From positions 1-64,000 of the IMG/VR virus record IMGVR_UViG_3300032053_000036: 64,000 nt of DNA; one strand, 5' to 3'. The position numbers were made by a program, and so were the translations under genes. The notes under the pieces were generated by a model. The model was not told the origin of the DNA. It worked only from the letters and a program-made list of their open reading frames with translations, and did no database searches. The stretch is from a virus. Taxonomy: Duplodnaviria > Heunggongvirae > Uroviricota > Caudoviricetes > Crassvirales. Shown in pieces: positions 45,701-55,400 of this stretch (position 1 is its first letter; each line of letters opens with the position of its first letter).

Positions 45701-46699
45701 GGTATTAAGAATGTAGATCAGCTTGGTAAAAAGGATGATAAAACTATACTTAATACAAATGTTGATGGTATATTTGGAGATAGAACAGAACAATATCATG
45801 CTATAGCAGAAGATTTTAGAAAACCTTACACACCAACAACTATACCAGTTCCTGGAACATCAGTTACAAAAACAACAACAGATCAAACAACACACTATCC
45901 TGTCACTCCATATAAAGGAAGTAAGTTAATGGATGCATATAGTCAACTTATTCCTTACTTAAGACCTTCAGATCAAGAAGCTCTTGATCCAACACAAATG
46001 TATGGAGAGATGTATGCATTAGCTACCAATCAGTTAGATCCTGTACAAGCTCAAAAGTATAATCCTTTATTAGAACAACCTTATGACATATCTCTACAGG
46101 ATCAACTAAATGCTAATCAAGCAGACTTCAATGCTATCCAAAGACAAACAGGATATAATCCTGCAGCTGCTGCAACCTTAGCAGGTCAGAAATATGCAGC
46201 CAATAGTAAAGTGTTAGCAGATCAGTTTAGAATGAACCAAGGTATGAAAGCTGAGGTTTATAATAAAAACAGAGGAACATTAAACGATGCTCAACTCAAG
46301 AACCTTGGAATCCTTGATCAACAGATGGTTAGACAAGAAACAGCTAAGTCTAGAACTAAAGAAGTGGGACAAGCAGCTCTTAATTCTATATCTGATAAGA
46401 TCTTGAAACAGAAGCTTGCTAACAGAACATTAAGTATATATGAGAATATGTACAACTACAGATTTGATAAGAGTGGTAGAGCAGTTAATATGAACCCTGC
46501 ATTCCAGCCAAACATACCAAATGTTCTTCCTGTGTACGATGATCAAGGTAATGTTGTAGCATATCAGAAAGGAACCACCACTACAAATCAAACAACAGCA
46601 ATTCCTCTACCACCACTAGCTCTTCCTACAGGTGGTAAAAATGGAACTAAAGTTCCTAGTAGGAATAGAGATATTTTAAGAGCAATGAAGAATCTCTAA
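42788..46699 (+). CDS. Cargo/ejection-type virion protein 2 (1303 aa), Gly/Gln/Asn-rich.
   Basis: Poly-Gly tracts and two GAIP glycine-zipper-like segments. Confidence 0.45.
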   Translation: MVKKFLKIAGVKTEQEFYNKYPSEGAFFKAHPEAKDFKQYKQGGQMKKLNQLTNWTNDVDNMIPTAQYGCKGKSCTQTGEGIKKHDSRLGLDDTHSGSGGFIDYAAYNAPSTWEELQTYNETNPKDKAFKNQLKTLQGQFPGLTQQQMLAAGADSARIRQRMGNLPRYDKPEEQTYDKAYHQFYRPLMDQSKPVTIPQILQFQSQQPGGLEGYEGTVRSNYGKKKAQNGAPIGSYMSSPSYETKMMNFSEYMNPVDKMITGSTQEERDAAAKKQAEDAAKQKSGGGGGLGNILNMASQFMGKGAGGSDMGAIGASALGGVGKGKNGLKRAQIGLNQPQNGSMPSNNNPYMYNSLQPLGGSQQAVTNPYQNPLMLDPNQTGTFEQQVAGSAGAVNPKKKFNPLGAIPIAGQIFGGIQQIKAAKTAEKEANKQFQLSGLTKQAGLTRGEPIKRKYVRPEDQVINENEMFPTYGVGTNYIAEDGAEVTRGGIGGNPTEIQNMYNPYDLFKDLGYESLEDSERVKQYQGGGLVSGSQFGQIGNQLGAMVGGGGQGTPGGWSQALGAIPGPIGMIGGMVGSVIDGKQQAKIRNFQERAQKNVVDTAMQQGMQNVQSQYSNVMEDGGYVSHDWQPQVISQFDGVPIKSLLTKDPMMDTLRTGGNITQNNMFSTDQYAMGGELKTTWGGYAEPISHNPYLPGTGETVMFRGKSHEEGDGNGHTGIGVKYGGGDHDSYTDYAEYGTEQADADVEVERGEPAQEMMDPQTGEKNMVVYGNLKIPNQYLSEIGDPKAKGKKFKNYVADLSRQEARHNKTVEKNMNTVDEMDDITSFDQMKFLSAKANIDGANMKLKNIAEKKMNASAVQNAINEAAQEHGLDADSLAKGKFRIDKKAMDESAKWGKSIKKAQNGTTEGNFVGPTPTDYLDGLYEQSKNETNKNLRKKYTEIFQKEFHRFYPEQAKEIILGSSDVTTKGKKMGIKNVDQLGKKDDKTILNTNVDGIFGDRTEQYHAIAEDFRKPYTPTTIPVPGTSVTKTTTDQTTHYPVTPYKGSKLMDAYSQLIPYLRPSDQEALDPTQMYGEMYALATNQLDPVQAQKYNPLLEQPYDISLQDQLNANQADFNAIQRQTGYNPAAAATLAGQKYAANSKVLADQFRMNQGMKAEVYNKNRGTLNDAQLKNLGILDQQMVRQETAKSRTKEVGQAALNSISDKILKQKLANRTLSIYENMYNYRFDKSGRAVNMNPAFQPNIPNVLPVYDDQGNVVAYQKGTTTTNQTTAIPLPPLALPTGGKNGTKVPSRNRDILRAMKNL

Positions 46700-46715
46700 T
46701 CAATTCAATTATATA

Positions 46716-46751
46716 AGATTACCAGAAATTGTTATGGTTTTTGGTAATCTT
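46716..46751. repeat. Perfect 9-bp inverted repeat AGATTACCA...TGGTAATCT with an 18-nt spacer.
   Basis: Read directly in the gap between the cargo genes. Confidence 0.4.
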
Positions 46752-46786
46752 AATTCATTCAGTTACATTTGATAACATAATTTAAG

Positions 46787-49474
46787 ATGGCATCATTTAC
46801 AGATACAGTCCCCCAATTTAACCCATTTGTTGATCAATTGCCTATAGATGCAATGGTTAAGGTGGGCACGTACAAGCAAGAGAAGTATGATCAGGGCATT
46901 CAAAAAATTCAAGGATACATAGATAACATCGCTGGCCTTGATATCTATAAAGATATACATAAAGAATATCTCCAATCTAAACTTAATGAGCTTGGTAACA
47001 ATCTAACAAAAGTGGCAGGAGGAGATTTCTCAAACTTCCAATTAGTCAATTCTGTCTCAGGAATGGCAACACAAATTTCTAAAGATCCTGTTATACAAGG
47101 TGCTGTAAACTCTACAGCTAAAATAAGAAAGAATTTCCAAACAATAGAAACTGCTAAAAAAGAAGGAAAGTCTTCTATTCAAAACGAAGCATGGTTTAGT
47201 GACCAACTTAACAGCTGGGCAAATGATGGAAATATAAAGTCTTCATACTCAGGAGAATATGTACAATACACTGATATGGAGAAGAAGCTTAGAGAAGTGG
47301 CTGAAAAAGTTCACGAAGCTGATAACTCTATAGAAATTCCATTTAAGAGAGACAATAAAGGAAATACATTATATTATAAAAGAGATCCAAATACAGGAAG
47401 AACATCTGTGTCTACAGATCCTAACTCAGGAGGAGTCACTCAAATAGATGATGCAATTCTTAGTATCAAAACAAAAGGTAAGTCTGCAGATAAAATTCTA
47501 TCAAACTTTTATGACAGCCTTGATGAGAACGATAAGAGACAATTAAAAATAGATGGATGGTATCATTATAAAGGTTCTACACAAGAAACATTTATAAAAG
47601 ACGCTACAACAAACTATAATGCAAATATAAAGATGTTGTCTGATAAGATTGTCACTCTTAATACAGAACTACAAACTAATACAAAACTAACACAAGCTGA
47701 AAGATCAAAAATACAAGCAGTGATAAATGACACTGATAAAACTCTTACTAATGGTAGTCTTGAGAAAGATCTGCAAAAACAGTATGATGATATAACTGCT
47801 TCTAAAGATGTTGAAGACTATAAGTATAAATTGTATACACAAACATTCTTAACCAATCTTGCCAAGGACATATCATATCAAGACATTCAACAGGAATATA
47901 AAGCCAACCCATATGAACAAGCAGACAATAGAAGAAAAGAACTGCAGTTCAAATACGATGATGCAAGAAGACAACAAGCTAATTCAGATCGTACATTTAT
48001 GTGGGAGAAGACTAAGTTTTTTACAGAACAAATGCAAAAAGCACAAGCTGCAACAGGCTCTCAACCTATTGTTACTCCTGGAAGTCTTCCAACAGATATA
48101 AATGCACCAGATATTAGCAAACTAGATAAAGAAATTATGGGTATTGCTGGAGATCCTTCTACAAAAACTCCTGGGGCAATTGATAAATTAAATGCTGACT
48201 ATGCTCCATTATTAGCAGATAAGTCTTTAAAAACTCCTGAGCAAAAACTACAATATTTAAATAACTTAGCTAGCACTTATGCAAAAGATCCATCTAGCAT
48301 TAATGGAATCAAAGATCCAAACTTAAGAGAATACCTTGAGAGAAGGAGGGCTTTTGACATAATGCTTGGGCAAAAACAAAATCTTTATGCAGCTACAGTA
48401 AATGCATCTAAATCTTTTGATGATCAATTAAATAATGTTTTTTCTAAGGATAAAGCAATTGCTGATAGAAATGGTAAAGTTATATTCTCTCCAAGAGAAA
48501 TATATGAAGTTGTTAAAGATGTAAAAGCGATGCAAGTGGGAGCATCTTTTGACTATGACACTTTTTTAAAAAAATATCAAGGAACAAAAAAAGAAGCAAT
48601 TGCAAGAGCTTATGTTAAGAATGCTCAAATAAATGAAGCAATTAGACTTGGAGATGTAAGATATGGTAGACCTAATGCACCTGAATTAACAGCCACTGAA
48701 AAATCTATTTTAGAAATAGGTACAAGTACAATAAACACTAGGGATGCTGATGTTAGTAATATTCTTAAACAAAAACAAAAATTTCAATCTGACTATCTTG
48801 CTAAAAGAATGCCTGAGAGACAAACACAAATTGGAACATTAAGTGCTGACAATAAAATTGATATGGATCATGTTAATCAATTGATTGGAACTAAAATAAA
48901 AGAACATTCTACATATGGAACAATTGATGGTCTTAGAGATGAAGACGACTTTGATCCAGAAACTGTTGGAGAACTTCAAGGAGAAAAGGATGTTAAATAT
49001 AATATAGAAAAGAAATACGATGGTTCTGCAACTCTTACAGTGTTTGCTAAAGGAAAAACTCAAATTATTCCAATGAACAGTAATGAGTTTGCTTCTTTCT
49101 TTCCAAACTATCGCAAGAATAATCCTATCAACGATATCAAACAGACTGTTTTTGGTTCTCCAAATTACACAACAAATCTTCTTGGTGGAAAAGATTCATC
49201 AGCTGCAGTGAATGCTTATATGAGTGGGTATGATATTCCTAATTTAACTAATACAATACTTGCACCATTAGTAAGACTTGATGTTGAAGGAAGTCCTTTT
49301 AATGATGGTGGTGCAAATGATAAATTTGTTGTTAGAATGTATGTAAATGACAATGGTCAATGGAAAACAGATATTGTAACTCAAGGAGGATATGTTTCAG
49401 AAGCAGCTGTTCAACAGGTTATTAATAATATAGGTGCAACTACAGTTTCAGATTTACTAAAGAAAAACCCATAA
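46787..49474 (+). CDS. Cargo/ejection-type virion protein 3 (895 aa), coiled-coil rich.
   Basis: Position and composition. Confidence 0.45.
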   Translation: MASFTDTVPQFNPFVDQLPIDAMVKVGTYKQEKYDQGIQKIQGYIDNIAGLDIYKDIHKEYLQSKLNELGNNLTKVAGGDFSNFQLVNSVSGMATQISKDPVIQGAVNSTAKIRKNFQTIETAKKEGKSSIQNEAWFSDQLNSWANDGNIKSSYSGEYVQYTDMEKKLREVAEKVHEADNSIEIPFKRDNKGNTLYYKRDPNTGRTSVSTDPNSGGVTQIDDAILSIKTKGKSADKILSNFYDSLDENDKRQLKIDGWYHYKGSTQETFIKDATTNYNANIKMLSDKIVTLNTELQTNTKLTQAERSKIQAVINDTDKTLTNGSLEKDLQKQYDDITASKDVEDYKYKLYTQTFLTNLAKDISYQDIQQEYKANPYEQADNRRKELQFKYDDARRQQANSDRTFMWEKTKFFTEQMQKAQAATGSQPIVTPGSLPTDINAPDISKLDKEIMGIAGDPSTKTPGAIDKLNADYAPLLADKSLKTPEQKLQYLNNLASTYAKDPSSINGIKDPNLREYLERRRAFDIMLGQKQNLYAATVNASKSFDDQLNNVFSKDKAIADRNGKVIFSPREIYEVVKDVKAMQVGASFDYDTFLKKYQGTKKEAIARAYVKNAQINEAIRLGDVRYGRPNAPELTATEKSILEIGTSTINTRDADVSNILKQKQKFQSDYLAKRMPERQTQIGTLSADNKIDMDHVNQLIGTKIKEHSTYGTIDGLRDEDDFDPETVGELQGEKDVKYNIEKKYDGSATLTVFAKGKTQIIPMNSNEFASFFPNYRKNNPINDIKQTVFGSPNYTTNLLGGKDSSAAVNAYMSGYDIPNLTNTILAPLVRLDVEGSPFNDGGANDKFVVRMYVNDNGQWKTDIVTQGGYVSEAAVQQVINNIGATTVSDLLKKNP

Positions 49475-49477
49475 CCA

Positions 49478-52400
49478 ATGCCAATTTTTGATAAAGAGCT
49501 TATAGATAATATTTCTAATAGAGAAAATGTACTTCCTAATATGCCACTTGGTTCTCCTGTTACAAGGGAACTTAATACTGACATGGGAGGATATGGACTT
49601 GAAACTGATTCAAAAGGAGGATTGACAATTGATCAATTATCAAATATTAAAGCTAGTAATAGTACAGGATTTGATTCTCCTTTTCAAATGATTCCTAAGA
49701 GTGAACTCTTGTCAAATCAAAGATACTCAATGTATGAAAGAGACAAAGATCTTGAAAATACATATGGGTTACAACAAGGAGCATTGTCACAGCTTGGTAA
49801 TGGTGTTGTTAAAATGGCTGCTACACTTGGTGGAACATTCTTACAGGGGTTTGCAACTATTCCTAATACAATCGCTTCTTTCAAAGGAGGAGTTAAAGAA
49901 CTATCTGGTGTTGAAGGATATGAATCTGATATAGATAATTGGTTAAAGAACATAGAAGATAGATTCCCAAACTATGTAACAAAAAAAGAACAAGAACATC
50001 CTTTCTTAGCAGCTATTCCTGGATTTGCAGGAAGTGCTAATTTCTGGGGAGATAAGATTATTAAAAACATTGGTTTTACAGTGGGTGCTATTGGCAGTGC
50101 CTTAGTACAAGATGCTGTTGTGGGATTTGCTACAGAGGGTCTTGGAGAGATTCCATTAGTTGCAAATCAAATTGGTAAAGCTTCACTATATTTAAATAAA
50201 CTTTTTACAGGAACAAACGATATTGAAAAAACATTACAGATTGCAACATCTTTAGGAAAGAGTGAAAAGGCAATGTTGAATATAAAAAGACTTGGAGAAC
50301 TTGCTGCTGCTGAAAAAGTAAGTAATGGGTTTAGATATGGATTGAATATATACAGTTCTGCAAGAACAGAAGCTGCTATTGAGGCTAGAGATGGATATAG
50401 ACAAGTTAAAGAAATATTAACCACTCAATACAAAGAAGGAAATTTAGGAGAAGAACCTTCAGGAAAAGATCTTACAGACATTGAACAATATGCAACAGAT
50501 GCTATGAATACTAGATTTGGTATTAACATGGCTATCCTTACAGTGAGTAATGCTTTTCAATTTGATAATCTATTTAAGTCTGTTAGTAATGGAGCTACTA
50601 CAAAAGGTGTAGGTTCAGGACTTATAAAAGATATTCAAGATGCTGGTAAGGTAGGTCTTAAGGAAGGATCTTTAGATGTATTTGAGAAGAAACTTCCAAC
50701 AAGCTTTATGGGTAAAGTTTGGGAAAGTGTTAAGCCTAAAACAGCAAGTATATTCAGAGAGGGTGTATATGAAGAAGGTGGACAGTATGCTGCTGAGCGT
50801 GGTACATATGATTATTATACAAGAAAGTATAAAGATCCAAAAAGAAGAGAAAGTATAGATAACTGGAATACACTAAATGAAGTTATAGATTCTACAGTTA
50901 AGGGTCTTAATGATCAGTTTGGTACCACTGAGGGTATAGAGAATATGTTGATTGGTGGTATATCAGGAATGTTGATGGATGCAGGAATGCAAACATATGA
51001 TAGAGCTAAAGGTAAAGGAAAAGATAAGAGATTGGACACTGCAGTGAGTCTACTTAATAGATATGGTCTTACAGGAATTCTTGGTCAAAAATATACAGAT
51101 ACATTAAACTCTGTAAACATTGCACAGGAAATGACTAAAGCTGCTAGAACAGGTAATGTGTTTAGATATCAAAATCTAAAAGATGACATGTTCTTTGGAT
51201 TTGTTAATTCTAGACTTGGATCTAACATGCACGATGTAACCATTGAGCAGTTAAGAATGTTGAAAGATCTTGATAAGGAGGAGTTTGAAAAAACCTTTGG
51301 AATGAACTTCAGTGAATCAAACAAATCTACTGTTGGTGAATATGTTGATGGATTGATAAGTAAAGCAAATGAAATAAAGAAAATCTCTGATTCTGTAAAT
51401 AATACATACAAGAATGTTTTCACTTTCTATGATGATCCTGGAGATGATCAAGATAAAAAAGAAAGTAATAAAAACTACAACACATTTGAGACCTGGAAAA
51501 CAAACCTCATCTATGAAGGTAGTGTTATGAAAAACACAAACCAGAGATTGGTTGATGTACAACAATCTCTTAGTAAGATAAATCCCCTTATAACAAATGA
51601 TCTTGCTAGTAGATTGATGGATGAAGATTCTCTTAGAGAACTTAGTCAAGATTATGAAGAACAAGCCAAAACACTTCTTGGTACATTGAATGATGCTATG
51701 TCATTTGATGAGAGAAGAAAAGTTAAAGAGCAGGCTAAACAATTACGTACAGCATCAGAGATAGCAATGATGGCTGCTAATGATGGACAAATTTCGCAGA
51801 AAGATTTTGCAAAAATTCTTAATTATGAATTAAATGGTAGAGATGGCTCTAAAGATGATGTTGTCACTATAGATAGAGTTAACGACATTCAAACATTAGG
51901 ACACGATATCAATATGATTAATGCTAGAAAGAAAGATGCATCTAATGCGTTTGAAATTCTTTCTAGTGAAAAAGGTTTTGAAAAGTTTTTCAAAGATGAA
52001 AACGATATTGCAGCAGCAGCAGAAAAAGCAGCCTTTGATAGAGAGGAGGTTAAGAAAAGACCTCTTCCAGAATTTACAAATGTTGGAGGTGTAAAAGAAG
52101 CAATACAACTTGAAAGAGAATACCAAGCTCAACCTAAGAAAGGATCTAAGGTTAGAAAACTTGCTGCAGATAGATTTAGAGTTATAGATCCTGATGGTAA
52201 GGTGACATTCTACCCAACTAGAGAAAAGGCTCAAGAGGCAGCTGCTGATATTGATCTTAGATACACTGAGCTCTCAAAGATTAAAATACTTGCTGTTAAT
52301 GCTGATGGTACAATTAAAGTGCAAGATGTTAAAGGTAACATCCAAAACATTGGATTAGGAGAACTTGAAGGATATGAAAAGATAATCACTGAGCAAGAAA

Positions 52401-55400
52401 GACTACAACAGTTTGCTGATCAGATGAAACAAGATCAAGAAGATATAGAAAAATCTTCTGGTGTAGTGGGTACAAATCCTTCTGATGAAGAGACTGTTGT
52501 ATGGGAAGATAAAAAAAGAGATATCTCTCATTTATTCAATGGAGGAATTACAGAATCTGAGAGATGGGAGAATCCTGAAGGATCTCCTATTCATATTCAG
52601 AACTCTAGATATTTCTTAAACAATGCAAGAAACTTTCCTAATAGAGCAAACCTTAGAGCAATTCTTATTCCTGCTACACATGAGGCAGCGTTTGGTTTAG
52701 CAGGACTTACAGCCATCTCTTATAAATCAGAAGAGAAAGATCCAACTAAAATTCCTGGTGCCACTGATCCTAAAACAGGATTCATAGCTCAGGTATTTGT
52801 TGAACAAGATGGATCAGATGTTTACTTTGTAGACAAAGAAGGAAATAGAATTGGTAAGCTTGGAGAAGCTATAGATATTGAAAAGGTTATATTCCAAGCT
52901 ATGCCTGCAGCATCATTAGAATATAGTGATGGTAGTCCAAGATATAGAAATAGTCAGGCAGCAGACGCTGAAGTTTATAAGAAGGCGTGGGAAATAAAAA
53001 GAGAAAGATTATTTGGTGCAACTCCTGGTACATATCAACTTTATACATTCAAGATATCAAGAGGTATAGCAAGAGAGATTAAGATAGATGGTAAACTTGA
53101 AAGAAATCCTATATCAGATATTCTTGTTGACATGAATCTAATTCCTACACAGGAAGGACTAATACAGATATCAACAACAGGAAACCTTGCTCACCAGGGA
53201 GAACAATTAAACTTTCCTAAAGGAAGACCTATTCTTCAATTTGAAGATGTATTTGTTCCTTTGAACAATAGAAAGTTTACAGCAAATGAGGCTGAAACAA
53301 TATTTGAACTTCTCAACAGGATTGGTAAAGAAACAGTTAGACAGTCAAAGCTTCCTGGAGGTCCTGCAATAAGAACTAATAGAAGGTATGCTAGATTCTT
53401 ACAAGGATTGTTGTTCTGGAAATCAGACATCACTGGAAAGAAGAATCCTAACAACATGTACATCAATGAGAAAGAAGGTAATCTCTATCTTGGTGGAGTA
53501 GCTTATGATCTTACAAATCTTGAAGCAAGTAAAACTGCTATAGTAGATCATCTTAAAGCAACATATAATAATATAAACAATAGTCATCTAACTGAAACGT
53601 TCAGTGAACCATTTGTTGAATACAGAATGGAGAATGGAAACCTTGTAGAAGTTGAATGGCAAAACTATCAAACATACCTTTTATCAAAAGAAAATCCTGA
53701 TGGTTCTTCTAGAGGAATAGAGAACATCCCATTAGTTACATCTGTTCAAAAAGCAACAAATACATTACAACCTTTTGAACAAAAGTATGCTATCATGGAA
53801 GACCTTGAACTTCCTATAGCAGAAGTACCAAAGCCTGAAACAAAAGTTTCTACAGATGGTAGTGGAGCTGTTGAAGTTGATGGATTTAAAATAGATGGTT
53901 CAGTACAAATCTATAGAGAATTTAATGCTGGTCCAGTTGAATTTACAGCCACATTAGATAAAGATGGTTTTATAGAAACAGACGTTAAAGATGGTGATAC
54001 AGTCAATGCTCTTGCAGGTAGCGAGAAGACAATGAATGATGTAATCATTGCAACTCTAAAAGCTCTAGGTAAACTAGATGAAAAAGCTCTTGAGGCTAAT
54101 GATAATGTAAGACTTGTAAAAGATTTCTTAGGACTTAAGATAGCAGTGGATCTTCAGGCTAAATTAGATGCTGCAAAAACAAAACCAACATCTACAGCAC
54201 CAAAAGCTTCTGCTCCTATTGAGATAAGTTCTAATGCTAAAGGATTTGGAGCTGTTCTTACAAACCCTACAGAGATTGCTAGTAGTAAGAAGAACGTAAC
54301 CAATGTAGTAAATATTAAGAAGACATATGGTGATAAGTATAAAATCTTAAAAAGATTTGTAATAGGAAGAGGAATTGTTGATGTATCAGTAACAGATACA
54401 ACAAATGCTGCCTATCCTATAGAATTTGAAGGTCAGTTATATGCAGACGCTGAAGCAGCATATCAAGATCAAAAAACTAAGTATTCAAATAAGACCAAGT
54501 CTGCAGGATCTACGTATGATCTTATGGTGAAGATTCTTACAGCTAAGCTTCAACAATATCCTCAGATGATTGATGAGATTAAGAAACAAGGTGGTACACC
54601 ATGGTTATCAAAGGCTGTACATCAACCTACTAATAAGAATAGTGTATGGGAAACAGGTGGTCAGAACTGGTTTGTATTAAGCTTAGTTGATGCATATACG
54701 AAAGTTCTTCCTACAACTCCTGAAAAAAAGGATGATGATAAGAAGGAACCACCAACACCCCCTCCCCCTCCTGCTCCTTCAGGACCTGCTCCAACAGTAA
54801 CATTTGAGGGAGAAGATACTCCTGATGATGCATTCAGAAAGCTCTCTAAAGGAAAAGAAAGATCTTGGAGAACTACACAAGGAGATATTGAGATATTCAA
54901 GAAATGGGTTGCTGAAAATGCTCCAGGGATCCCTTATGAGATTCTTGAACAAATGATTGATACATATGATGGAGAGAAAGCTTGGGGTGTATACGAAAAT
55001 GGTATAGCTAAGTTTTTCAAAGGTGGATTAAGAGGTACAGAATACCATGAGGTATTTGAAGCTATATGGAAACATTTCCTTACAGACTCTGAGAAACAAG
55101 CAATTATTGATGAGTTTAGAACAAAAGCTGGGAAGTTTACAGATAGAGAATCTGGAAAGAAGTTTAACTATGATGATTCTAGTGTAACTGATAAGATGAT
55201 TAAAGAAAGAATTGCTGATGACTTTGCTGATTTTAGATTGGGTAAAATACCTGCTACATCTCTTGGTGGAAAGATTATGCAATTCTTCAAAAGGATTATA
55301 GACTTTATTAAATCTTTCTTATTCAAACCAGATCTTAAAACAAAACTGTTCCAACAAATAGATACAGGAAGATTCAAAACAGCTACACTACAGATTACAA

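Noticed and set aside
54661-54900. Minus-strand ORF with GGGGGVGGS.
   Set aside because: It is the antisense of the Pro-rich linker in the giant ORF.
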